Of a stretch of 64,000 nucleotides of DNA, positions 25,720-37,864 are shown piece by piece. The notes under the pieces were generated by a model. It did no database searches, was not told the DNA's origin, and was given only the letters and a program-made list of their open reading frames with translations. The translations under genes and the position numbers were made by a program. The stretch is from Macrostomum lignano (taxonomy: Eukaryota). The stretch lies in the NCBI GenBank assembly GCA_002269645.1, contig NIVC01000068.1, positions 124,001 through 188,000 on the forward strand. Direction: 5' to 3'. Within the stretch, counting starts at the first letter, position 1, and every line of letters starts with the position of its first letter.

Positions 25720-26482
25720 TCATGATTATCAATGTGTCACTGAATCATCATTATCAATGTGTCACTGAATCATCATTATCAATGTGTCACTGAATCATCA
25801 TTATCAATGTGTCACTGAATCATCATTATCAATGTGTCACTGAATCATCATTATCAATGTGTCACTGAATCATCATTATCAATGTGTCACTGAATCATCA
25901 TTATCAATGTGTCACTGAATCATCATTATCAATGTGTCACTGAATCATCATTATCAATGTGTCACTGAATCATCATTATCAATGTGTCACTGAATCATCA
26001 TTATCAATGTGTCACTGAATCATCATTATCAATGTGTCACTGAATCATCATTATCAATGTGTCACTGAATCATCATTATCAATGTGTCACCGAATCATCA
26101 TTATCAATGTGTCACTGAATCATCATTATCAATGTGTCACTGAATCATCATTATCAATGTGTCACTGAATCATCATTATCAATGTGTCACTGAATCATCA
26201 TTATCAATGTGTCACTGAATCATCATTATCAATGTGTCACTAAATCATCATTATCAATGTGTCACTGAATGATCATTATCAATGTGTCACCGAATCAACA
26301 TTATCAATGTGTCACTGAATCAACATTATCAATGTGTCACTAAATCATCATTATCAATGTGTCACTAAATCATCATTATCAATGTGTCACTGAATGATCA
26401 TTATCAATGTGTCACTGATTCATGATTATCAATGTGTCACTGAATCATGATTATCATTGTGTCACTGAATCATGATTGTCAG
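25720..26482. repeat. 25-bp minisatellite (TTATCAATGTGTCACTGAATCATCA)
   Basis: TTATC at 25-bp spacing. Confidence 0.96.
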
Positions 26483-26823
26483 TGACATGTTAATAATCAT
26501 AGTGACCAAGAAGCTGTTGAAGTAAATTTGTCAGTAACGTTGATGAAGTGACGATTGAAAACTTTTTTTTCTTAAAATAGCGTTTTTAGCAGGACTTATA
26601 TCCTGCTCGGAGAAATTCAATCCAACATCCATTAGCGCCAATTCTAATCTCACAGAGTCCAGCACAGCTCAATTAAAGCTGCGAAACTTAAAGTGGCTTA
26701 GTTGGATTCTTGTTGCATAGGTCATTGCGGCCGCATCCTTGATGCAACCCTATTATCCATGCAGTAGCTTCATGCAGTAGCATTAGCAGTAGCATTTTCC
26801 ATGCAGTGCTCCGACAGAGCTGT

Positions 26824-26896
26824 CCAATAACAGCGGCCGAAGCCATCGGGAAAACTGCCTGCTGCGAGCGTATATAAACTGCCCAGCAACTGACGC
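26824..26896 (+). promoter_or_regulatory. Core promoter of the neuropeptide gene
   Basis: CCAAT 26824-26828, TATATAAA 26871-26878, TGACG half-CRE 26891-26895, about 100 nt upstream of AAAATGG. Confidence 0.55.
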
Positions 26897-26976
26897 GGAA
26901 CCGGGTACCGCTTTGCAGACCATTGCGAAAGGAAAGTCTCACCCCCGTAACCTTGAATTGAACGGCCTGAGAGAAA

Positions 26977-27300
26977 ATGGGAGTTGTTTCCAGATCTGTC
27001 AGGCTATTTCTGCTTTTAGCTTTAGTCGGCGTCTTCACGGATGCTGCTGTCGCACCTTCGGCTGGCTCTAAACTGCTTGAGCAGTGCTGGCGACCCAATA
27101 TGAGACATCGTTCACCGGCCGAGTTCAGAGACTGCGCCATCCGGATGCTGCTGAGCCACCGTCAGCGTCGCGGCAGCTTCAGCTTTGTCTCTCCGCTGCT
27201 CCGCAACCTGCACCACGTGCGCCTGCAGCCTGAGCAGCCTCAGAACTACGGAACAGGCAGCAGCTCAGCCTATGGACCCAGTGTGATGCGGTTCGGCTGA
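26977..27300 (+). CDS. Secreted RFamide neuropeptide precursor (myosuppressin-like architecture), 107 aa
   Basis: Hydrophobic signal (LFLLLALVGVFTDA), C-x15-C pro-region, RQRR convertase site, ends ...GPSVMRFG-stop (Gly amide donor); good ATG context and TATA box. Confidence 0.8.
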   Translation: MGVVSRSVRLFLLLALVGVFTDAAVAPSAGSKLLEQCWRPNMRHRSPAEFRDCAIRMLLSHRQRRGSFSFVSPLLRNLHHVRLQPEQPQNYGTGSSSAYGPSVMRFG

Positions 27301-27529
27301 TCAAACAAGCAGCGATTGTGCGAAACATGTTTCAGAGACTGAAACTTTTTGAAACTCGACCAGAAATTGACCCCCCCCCTCAGAAACTTGTAGCCACTCT
27401 GAATGAGAATCTCAGTGTTAAAATTTCGAGACCCAAACAGCTGATGTCTCAGATCGAGGCGGTTGGCTCTTGACGAAATATATTGTTAAAGAAAAGCCTA
27501 TTTCAATTTAACTGTCTGCCTTTGTGTCT

Positions 27530-28430
27530 GCCTTTCTGTCTGTCTCAGTGTCTGCTTTAGTGTATGTCTTAGTGTCGATTTAAGTGTCTGCCTTAGTGCC
27601 TGTCTCAGTGTCTTTCTCAGTTTCAGTCTCAGTGTCTGTCTCAGTGTCTGTCTTAGTGTCTCTTAGTGTCTGTCTCAGTTTCTGTTTCAGTGTCTGTCTC
27701 AGTGTCTGTCTCAGTGTCTGTCTCAGTGTCTACTTTAGTGTCTGCCTTAGTGCCTGTCTTAGTGTCTTTCTCAGTTTCAGTCTCAGTGTCTGTCTTAGTG
27801 TCTCTTAGTGTCTGTCTCAGTGTCTGTCTCAGTGTCTGTCTCAGTGTCTGTCTTAGTATCTGTCTTTGTGTCTGTCTTAGTGTCTGTCTCAGTGTCTGTC
27901 TCAGTGTCTGTCTCAGTGTCTGTCTCAGTGTCTGTCTCAGTGTCTGCCTTAGTGTCCGTCTTAGTTGTCTGCCTCAGTGTCTGTCTCAGTGTCTGTCTCA
28001 GTGTCTGTCTCAGTGTCTGTCTCAGTGTCTTTCTCAGTTTCAGTCTCAGTGTCTGTCTCAGTGTCTGTCTTAGTGTCTCTTAGTGTCTGTCTCAGTGTCT
28101 GTCTCAGTGTCTGTCTCAGTGTCTGTCTCAGTGTCTGTCTCAGTGTCTACTTTAGTGTCTGCCTTAGTGCCTGTCTTAGTGTCTTTCTCAGTTTCAGTCT
28201 CAGTGTCTGTCTCAGTGTCTGTCTTAGTGTCTCTTAGTGTCTGTCTCAGTGTCTGTCTCAGTGTCTGTCTTAGTATCTGTCTTTGTGTCTGTCTTAGTGT
28301 CTGTCTCAGTGTCTGTCTCAGTGTCTGTCTCAGTGTCTGTCTTAGTGTCTGTCTCAGTGTCTGTCTCAGTGTCTGTCTCAGTGTCTGCCTTAGTGTCTAC
28401 CTCAGTGTCTGCTTTAGTGTCTGTCTGTCT
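27530..28430. repeat. 12-bp repeat (TGTCTCAGTGTC)n, reverse complement of the 20311-21122 array
   Basis: Direct reading. Confidence 0.96.
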
Positions 28431-28856
28431 TCCTATCCTAGTGTGTAATTTTGAACAGCCCATGATGGCAAACAGTACATTTCATCAGGTCACAACTATG
28501 TGTAGGTTATCATGACTATCTGACCTGCCTGAATGAAGCCAACAGCAGTGCAGACGCTAACCCTATGAGCAGTTGAACTTCGAACTACTCAGGCTGGTGA
28601 GCGTGTACTTCTGGTTGGGGATATTTGTTTAAACTGTAGCAATATCCTGGATAAACTTTTGTTAACTAAAGAACAAACAGGACGTAAGTAAAGAGACATC
28701 AGGATGGGACCTACATCAGAATAAGAGTGCATCCTTTTCTTATCCGAGATGAATGTACTTTGTGATAGTGGAGATTTTGGCATCCTTTAAACTGTTGCTG
28801 TTTTTTAGATTACCTTCAATGGCGTTATATTGAAAATGAGCTTTGTACTACTCTTG

Positions 28857-29372
28857 AGAATATCACACCTAAGAATATCACACCTGAAAATACCACACCT
28901 GAGAATATCACACCTGAGAATATCACACCTAAGAATATCACACCTGAGAATATAACACCTAAGAATATCACACCTGAGAATATCACACCTGAGAATATCA
29001 AACATGAGAGTATCACACCTGAGAATATCACCACCTGAGAATATCAAACATGAGAGTATCACACCTGAGAATGTCACACCTGAGAATATCACCACCTGAG
29101 AATATCAAACATGAGAGTATCACACCTGAGATATCCCACCTGAGAATATCACACCTGAGAATATCGCACATGAGAGTATCACACCTGAGAATATCACATC
29201 TGAGAAAACCACACCTGAGAATATACACACCTGAGAACACACACATACCTGGGAATATCACACCTGAGAATATATCACACCTGAGAATATCACACCTGAG
29301 AATATCAAACCTGAGAATATAACATCTGAGAATATTACACCTGAGTATTTACACACCTGAGAATATCACACC
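28857..29372. repeat. 15-bp minisatellite (GAGAATATCACACCT)
   Basis: TATCACACCT at 15-bp spacing. Confidence 0.93.
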
Positions 29373-29926
29373 AGATATTTTTAATTTTTTGCGATAAAAA
29401 ATATTTTTAAAAAACTGACGCTAGTGGTGCCGTCAGGTTTATTTAAACTTGACTAAACAGACTGTTCAGTAACATAATAAAAGTAACATAATTAGGTGAG
29501 GTTAATAAAATAAATTTTAGCGATAGCGAAACGCTACCACCCCAACCACAACAAATTGGGCGCGGCCTGTCTGCTCACTCAGGTGCTAAAATCATTGCAA
29601 TTATAAAGTAGCTATTTCAAGCACGTTTTATTGATATTAACTGGGCTAAATTGAGCCTAATTGCCTCGTGCACTGAAAACCTGGCGCGGCTAATTTGCGC
29701 CCCAGGAGGGCCCACCAAACTCCCCCACCCCTAAGCCCCACAAACTGCGACTTTTTCTGATTGGTCAATTAATTAATTAATTATATAAAGTCTGACGCAA
29801 TCGTGCACCTGTTTTGCAACAGCATATAAACTGGATGCGTTGCATCAGATCTGGCAGACAATTTCTACTAATTTGACTGTACATCGATTTCAATCAGTCC
29901 AAAGAGACGAAGTCGCTTATTCGAAA

Positions 29927-31522
29927 ATGTCTTGTCTCGTACGCAAGGTTCTATTGGTCTCTGCTCTGCTGAGCGTTTGTGTGGTCAACAGGTTGGCTTT
30001 TGGTAAGAGCTCGGTTCTCTTTTGTGCGTTACTCTGAGTAGCTGAAAGTGGCAACTGGAAATAAGTGCGAGTAGATGGAGTCGAGAGGGAGAATAGAGTA
30101 GATACGAGAGGGTTAATAGTAGATACGAGTGGGTTGGGAGTAAATACGAGATTCTTGAGAGTAGATACGAGAGGGTTGAGAGTAGACGCGAGTGGGTTGA
30201 GAGTAAATACAAGTGGGTTGAGAGTAGACGCGAGTGTTGAGAGTAGATACGAGAGGGTTAAGAGTAGATAAGAGAGGGTTAAGAGTAGATACGAGAGGGT
30301 TGAGAGTAGATACGAGAGGGTTGAGAGTAGATACGAGAGGGTTAAGAGTAGATACGAGATGGTTAAGAGTAGATACGAGAGGGTTCAGAGTAGATACGAG
30401 AGGGTTAAGAGTAGATACGAGATGGTTAAGAGTAGATACGAGAGGGTTCAGAGTAGATACGAGAGGGTTAAGAGTAGATACGAGATGGTTAAGAGTAGAT
30501 ACGAGAGGGTTCAGAGTAGATACGAGAGGGTTCAGAGTAGATACGAGAGGGTTCAGAGTAGATACGAGAGGGTTCAGAGTAGATACGAGAGGGTTGAGAG
30601 TAGATACGAGAGGGACTGTGGAGAGTAGAAAAGAAAGGGAATGGTGAGATTAGATAGGAGAAGGACTGGTAAGATTAGATGAGAGGAAATGGTAAAATTA
30701 GATGCGAGGGGGAATGGTGAGATTAGATGCGAGAGGAATTGGTGAGATTAGATGCCGGAGAGATGCGACCACAACCATCACCCCGCACCCCAACTCTGCA
30801 GGCCTACCAGACCTGCCTGACAAATTTTTCGACTGCATCTGCGAGGTGGAATCGAACTGCAACCCAAGAATTGGCTGCGTTAACGACCCCGTGACCCTGT
30901 CCTGCGGACCGTACCAGATCAAGGAGGCTTACTGGCAGGATGCTTCAGAGTTTGCCAAAGAGTCCATCGGTGGAAGTGAGTATTTGTCATATTTAGCTGT
31001 TTTGTTGTTGGGACATTGTGCTGTCAATAAGTGCTGCTCCTCTGTGGTGAGTGATGCTTCACACTTGATGCGAGTGATGCTTCACACCCGATGTGAGTGA
31101 TGCTTCACACCTGATGCGAGTGATGCTTCACACCTGATGCGAGTGATGCTTCACACCTGATGCGAGTGATGCTTCACACCTGATGCTTCACACTTGCTTC
31201 GGCTCTTGACTCTTTCAGACTGGATGAACTGCGTCACCGGACCCGACAACATGAGCTGCTCAAAGAAGGTAATGCTCAATTATTTCCAAAGATACGGCAG
31301 GTACTGCAATAATGGACGGGAGCCCACGATTGAGGTGAGCATACTTTGTTTACGTAGATATTTGCTGATTGTTTAGATTATAATTTATAGAAAACTGTAG
31401 AAATGACAAAACTCGCCGTGCCTCCACAGGACTACGCCAGAATCCACAACGGAGGTCCGCAGGGCTGCAGACTGCAGCGCACCGTGAGCTACTGGGCCAA
31501 GGTGTCCCGCTGCCTGGGCTGA
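29927..31522 (+). CDS. Invertebrate-type (i-type/destabilase) lysozyme, copy 1, 4 exons, 152 aa
   Basis: Exons 29927-30002, 30802-30975, 31219-31334, 31430-31522, all GT-AG and in phase; signal peptide; CICEVES, GCVNDPVTLSCGPYQIKEAYWQD, YARIHNGGP; TATAAA 29825-29830. Confidence 0.95.
30095..30612. repeat. 21-bp minisatellite (GAGTAGATACGAGAGGGTTAA) in lysozyme-1 intron 1
   Basis: GAGTAGAT at 21-bp spacing. Confidence 0.93.
31052..31195. repeat. 23-bp minisatellite (GATGCTTCACACCTGATGCGAGT) in lysozyme-1 intron 2
   Basis: TTCACACC at 23-bp spacing. Confidence 0.9.
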
Positions 31523-31774
31523 AGTACCACGACGAGGACTTAAAGAAAATTCAAACATTTTTTATTGGCCTGGCCACTCTCTGACTGCAGTAATTCTATG
31601 CAAGTGAATACCATGGTTTTAATTAATTTGTTTTATTACTGCATGCAGGTGTACTACCAAATATACTCGACAGAATTACTCGTACATAGACGCCAACAAT
31701 AGTGCATCAAATTTATAAAGCCAATATTCGACTTGTTCTACTTTAAGTAAGCTAGAATAGACCTAGAAACTTGA

Positions 31775-32140
31775 GACTGGCCCAGATACTGAGGATCTGG
31801 GAGGCTGGCCCAGCAACTGAGGATCTGGGAGACTGGCCCAGCAACTGGGGATCTGGGAGGCTAGTTCAGCAACTGACACTCTGAGAGGCTGGCCCAGCAA
31901 CTGACACTCTGAGAGGCTGGCCCAGCAACTGACACTCTGAGAGGCTGGCCCAGCAACTGACACTCTGAGAGGCTGGCCCAGCAACTGACACTCTGAGAGG
32001 CTGGCCCAGCAACTGACACTCTGGGAGGATGGCCCAGCAACTGACACTCTGGGAGGCTGGCCCAGCAACTGGGGATCTGGGAGACTGGCCCAGCAACTGG
32101 GGATCTGGGAGGCTGGCCCAGCAACTGAGGATCTGGGAGC
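31775..32140. repeat. 28-bp minisatellite (CCCAGCAACTGACACTCTGAGAGGCTGG and variants)
   Basis: CCCAGC at 28-bp spacing. Confidence 0.93.
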
Positions 32141-32383
32141 TTCCTCAATGCCGTGCATCAGTACCATATATACCAGTCTGCAGGCCATAGACACTGCTGG
32201 CTAGAGACGTACCTTCGATCGAGATAAGACTCTGGTCATAGACAAAAGTACAACCAAGGACTGCATGATGGATTGGCGTGTGCAAAAATTGACTGCTTTC
32301 GATGGTTGTGTGAACAAGCCTTTGACTTTGTATAATCGGGTCCTTACCACGTACTTTTAATATCGCATGAAATGGGGGTTTTA

Positions 32384-32637
32384 CCATAGACAAACTGACG
32401 TGCGAGAATAATCGTTTCAAATCTAAGCTAACTAACTACAAGATAAACTAAATAACTTACAAACTACTTTAAAGCTCACTTTCAGGGAGGTTATTGACAT
32501 AGATTTTATTTTGCGGGATTTAATCGATCACTTTCCCAGACATATTGCAAGGATTGTTGTATGCATCTAAATAAGCGAGCTTCTCTCTTATCTTCCTTTG
32601 TGACTCGAGACATTTCTTAATGAAATTTTGTCTATGG
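32384..32637. mobile_element. Possible TA-flanked MITE (254 bp)
   Basis: Inverted repeats TTACCATAGACAAA (32381-32394) and TTTGTCTATGGTAA (32627-32640), 14/14; read as 11-bp TIRs with TA TSD. Confidence 0.5.
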
Positions 32638-33020
32638 TAAGAATGTGGGGGCTTCGCCCCCACACCCCCATCCCCAACTTTAACCATAGACATACAAGTA
32701 TGGCTCCGGGATTAATCTGAATACAACCCGCAAAATTAAAGTACGCTCGTAGTTTAAACAAGATATTCTATGGGTTTGAGGTCGGTATGTGATTAAGTGA
32801 AATACCGACCGAAAAACGCATAGAATATTTTATACTTAAACAACATTCCAAACAGCAGTGTTTGAATACCTTGTGCTCGTACCTCGTAAATTTTACTCAA
32901 ACGCTATGCTCGCGCGAGGTACGCGTAGAAGAGCCTGCTATCAAAAGTTTCATAAGGGTTCAGGAGGACACGCGCAACTAGTCAGCCAACTAGTAAATAT
33001 TATTTGCTCTGAATGTGCAC

Positions 33021-33302
33021 TCCGACACTTCATATCTCTGACGCTTCATATCTCCGACACTTCATATCTCCGACACTTCATATCTCCGACACTTCATACC
33101 TCCGACACTTCATAGCTCCGACACTTCATAGCTTCGACACTTCATAGCTCCGACACTTCATACCTCCGACACTTCATACCTCCGACACTTCATATCTCCG
33201 ACACTTCATACCTCCGACACTTCATAGCTCCGAGGCTTCATATCTCGACACTTCATAACTCCGAGGCTTCATAACTCCGACAACCTTTATAACTGCGACA
33301 CT
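33021..33302. repeat. 16-bp minisatellite (CCGACACTTCATATCT)
   Basis: TTCATATC at 16-bp spacing. Confidence 0.92.
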
Positions 33303-33718
33303 TTCCGGGTCTTGGGGGCTTGGCCTCATGAGGGGGGGGGGTGAATCCGCATGTCAAGCCCCAAGTGAATATAGCCGCGCTCGGAATCGAAGCAGCCGCA
33401 TTTTATCTGTTTATCGGTTTGTTTGACTTGCACTGCAGTCACCTTGCGGAGTCGTTAAAGCTACTATCGCGGATCAACGGCCAACTGGAACTCGAAAACA
33501 AAACATGCTGATAGCCTCCAGCTGTGTTCTAATTTCTGGCATCCCTGCTTTTCCTGTGGACTTCTTATCAACTCTTATCTTGGTGACCAGCAGAAACAGT
33601 CCCGACTCGAAAATATGTTGATTTCCTCCGGTTGCATATAAATAGTTTCAACATCAAATTAACGGTTTGATCTAAAATGACAAATTTTCACAACCCTAAT
33701 CGGCAGAAGCGCATTCCA

Positions 33719-34453
33719 ATGTCTTCTATGCAGGGAGTTCTACTAATCACCGCACTGCTGGCCGGCTGCTTTGCCAACAGATTCGCACTCGGTGAGCTTG
33801 ACGTTCAACTGATTCTTTCTGCATTATTATAGCATTTTTACTGCGGAAATGATAATACCCACCGTACCCAACTCTGCAGCCCTACCAAACCTGCCTGACA
33901 AATTTTTCCGCTGCATCTGCAAGATCGAATCGAACTGCAACCCCAGCATTGGCTGCGTTAACGACCCCGTGACCCTGTCGTGCGGACCGTACCAGATCAA
34001 GGAGGCTTACTGGCAGGATGCTTCAGAGTTTGCCGGGGAGCACATCGGTGGAGGTTGGTCTAATTGGTCCAATTGGGTCAAGGCTTTTCGCTGCTTTCAA
34101 ATCTTCAAAAAACCTTTCTTACTTCAAAACTCTCAGGCTGGAAGAGCTGTACCACCGGACCCGACAAAATGAGCTGCTCGAAGAAGGTCATGCTCAACTA
34201 TTTCCAAAGATACGGCAGGTACTGCACCGGTGGACGGGAGCCCACAATTGAAGTGAGAATTCTTTGCAATTTGATTGTGGTTATGTACTACATGTAATTA
34301 TTTAGATTATAGTTTATAGAAAACTGTGGAAATTGCAAAACTCGCCGTGTGCTTCAACAGGACTACGCCAGAATCCACAACGGAGGTCCGCACGGCTGCA
34401 GACACTCCAGCACGGATGGCTATTGGGCCAAGGTGTCCCGCTGCCTGGGCTGA
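33719..34453 (+). CDS. Invertebrate-type (i-type/destabilase) lysozyme, copy 2, 4 exons, 151 aa
   Basis: Exons 33719-33791, 33880-34053, 34137-34252, 34361-34453; same phases and same lengths of exons 2-4 as copy 1; CICKIES, SCGPYQIKEAYW, YARIHNGGP; TATAAA 33637-33642. Confidence 0.95.
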
Positions 34454-34702
34454 AGTAACACCGCTTGTGACTTTTTGAGCAAAAAACTTTTTATTAACTT
34501 TCTGCTGATTTACCTGATTTTCTTATTTGTCTGATTTTTAACCAAATGCGTCAATACCGCAAATTATTCCAATAAATTCAAAAATTATGAAAACATCCAG
34601 CATATACATTGATTAACACTGCACAAACTCATTCTCTTGTATTTAAACTAAGTAGCCAAAGAACTTTAAAACACTTTTAAGATTCATTTAAGCAAGGAAT
34701 TG

Positions 34703-35195
34703 GCCCCAGCAACTGAGGATCTGGGAGGCTGGCCCAGCAACTGAGGATCTGGGAGAGCCAGAACAAACCCCAGCAACTGAGGATCTGAGAGAGCCAGAAC
34801 AAACCCCAGCAACTGAGGATCTGGGAGAGCCAGAACAAACCCCAGCAACTGAGGATCTGGGAGAGCCAGAACAAACCCCAGCAACTGAGGATCTGAGAGA
34901 GCCAGAACAAACCCCAGCAACTGAGGATCTGGGAGAGCCAGAACAAACCCCAGCAACTGAGGATCTGGGAGAGCCAGAACAAACCCCAGCAACTGAGGAT
35001 CTGGGAGAGCCAGAACAAACCCCAGCAACTGAGGATCTGGGAGAGCCAGAACAAACCCCAGCAACTGAGGATCTGGGAGAGCCAGAACAAACCCCAGCAA
35101 CTGAGGATCTGGGAGAGCCAGAACAAACCCCAGCAACTGAGGATCTGGGAGAGCCAGAACAAACCCCAGCAACTGAGGATCTGGGAGAGCCAGAC
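34703..35195. repeat. 36-bp minisatellite (CCCAGCAACTGAGGATCTGGGAGAGCCAGAACAAAC)
   Basis: CTGAGG at 36-bp spacing. Confidence 0.95.
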
Positions 35196-35779
35196 CAGTT
35201 GCATTCAAAAGAACGAAGGCCGCAGGAACTCAAACAATGGGATTGCAGATTCGGATAGACAGTCGTGTATAATAGTATTTGTGTATAATAATAATAACTA
35301 TAAGATATATTTATATAATAAGTTGAAACAGGAACGCAGCAGAGAGAGCAGATGACAGGCGCCATCAGCTGGGCTAGCAATATTACAAGTTTGTGCAAAA
35401 AGAGACACAAAACAGAAAAAACGGTCAGCTGAAAACAGAAGCAGAGCATGACGGAAAGAAGATTAATATTTATTAAAAGCAAAACAGATTGCATTATCCA
35501 GTTGAATCGCATTTTCATTACAATCTATGGATAGGGTTTACAGTAGTATATGAAGAAAATTCCTATACAAAACGAATAACAACAAGAACGAGACAGAGCC
35601 TGCAGCAGCAATGTGGTGATTGATTGGGCTGTCTATTTTAAAACAATCATTGCTTCACCTTTGGCATGGTCCAACAATCTTAATTAACTGTCCGTTGTAC
35701 TCGTGTGTATCTTCTCAGTGTCCAAATTCCCAGCTGAATGTTATTGACTAGTAATTACAATTGCATTAGTAAGCCTCAT

Positions 35780-36200
35780 TAGGGGAATTACTTAGGTGTT
35801 AAGAATTAACGAGGGGAATTACTCAGGTGTTGAGTATTTATGAGGGGAATTACTCAGGTGTTGAGTATTTATGAGGGGAATTACTCAGGTGTTGAGTATT
35901 TATGAGGGGAATTACTCAGGTGTTGAGTATTTATGAGGGGAATTACTGAGGTGTTGAGGATTAACGAGGGGAATTATTCAGGTATTGAGGATTAACGAGG
36001 GGAATTATTCAGGTATTGAGGATTAACGAGGGGAATTACTCAGGTGTTGAGAATTAACGAGGGGAATTACTCAGGTGTTGAGGATTAACGAGGGGAATTA
36101 CTGAGGTGTTGAGGATTAACGAGGGGAATTATTCAGGTATTGAGGATTAACGAGGGGAATTACTCAGGTGTTGAGGATTAACGAGGGGAATTACTCGGGT
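35780..36200. repeat. 31-bp minisatellite (GAGGGGAATTACTCAGGTGTTGAGGATTAAC)
   Basis: ACTCAGG at 31-bp spacing. Confidence 0.93.
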
Positions 36201-36910
36201 GTTAAGTTATCATGAGGGAAATATTATTGTAAAAATACAAATAAACAGATTTTATCTAATGTCAAACTTTGCTAATAATTCCCCAATATATACATATACA
36301 GCCTACTGCAAGTACTATGCATCAACTAACAAACCAAACTTTATTATGAAGAGCAAGAACACTTCAGAAATAGACTCGCCGCAGAGACAAAAATTACAAT
36401 TTTGTAATAATTGAAAAACTAAATCTTTTAGACAATAACAGCGGACAGTTAAACACAGGTTAAATTCGATTTTATATGAAAGCATACTATAAATATACAA
36501 TCGTAGAGTCACAACGAAAATAGAAATAAATAAGCAATATGCGATATGATATGATAGACAAGAATTAATAGAAATGCAAAAAAGACTCTCGCGGAATTCA
36601 AAGATAGATTATATATCAATATCAAGTACGTTATTAACAGATATTTCAATTGTGACAACATTCAAGTGGATTATTAATAAACAGATTAATAATAATACAA
36701 AACACATACAAGCAAGTAATTATAGCAGACTAGACGTATGGCAACTATTATATTGTAATAATATTTTTTGAATAAAAATGCAAAAACAATTGCTACAGTT
36801 AGCTATACTACTACTATTGAGATTGTAAGTAGTTATAGACAGACTTAACTGATTGAATATTTTGTTAGACATATTCGTTTCGGAATAGACAATAACGGAA
36901 TGCAAAAATA

Positions 36911-36912
<2 letters not shown>

Positions 36913-37005
<93 letters not shown>

Positions 37006-37020
37006 GGCAGACAGACAGGC

Positions 37021-37101
<81 letters not shown>

Positions 37102-37116
37102 GGCAGACAGACAGGC

Positions 37117-37185
<69 letters not shown>

Positions 37186-37220
37186 GGCAGACAGACAGGC
37201 AGACAGACAGACAGACAGGC

Positions 37221-37256
<36 letters not shown>

Positions 37257-37328
37257 GGACAGACAGGCAGACAGACAGGCAGACAGACAGACAGACAGGC
37301 AGACAGACAGACAGACAGACAGACAGGC

Positions 37329-37385
<57 letters not shown>

Positions 37386-37388
37386 GGC

Positions 37389-37432
<44 letters not shown>

Positions 37433-37434
37433 CT

Positions 37435-37473
<39 letters not shown>

Positions 37474-37536
37474 GGCAGACAGGCAGACAGACAGACCTAC
37501 AGACAGACAGACAGGCAGACAGACAGACAGACAGGC

Positions 37537-37577
<41 letters not shown>

Positions 37578-37622
37578 GGCAGACAGGCAGACAGGCAGAC
37601 AGACAGGCAGACAGACAGACCT

Positions 37623-37697
<75 letters not shown>

Positions 37698-37744
37698 GGC
37701 AGACAGACAGACAGACAGACAGACAGACACACAGACAGACAGGC

Positions 37745-37785
<41 letters not shown>

Positions 37786-37808
37786 CACAGACAGACAGGC
37801 AGACAGGC

Positions 37809-37864
<56 letters not shown>

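Noticed and set aside
26688-27140. 150-aa minus-strand ORF
   Set aside because: Antisense shadow of the neuropeptide gene and its promoter.
30702-30801. Longer N-terminal extensions of lysozyme exon 2 in the ORF track (also 33849-33879)
   Set aside because: The acceptor conserved in both copies is aactctgcag at 30801 and 33879; upstream sequence is intronic.
34677-35518. Repeat-protein-like ORFs
   Set aside because: Translations of the 36-bp array.
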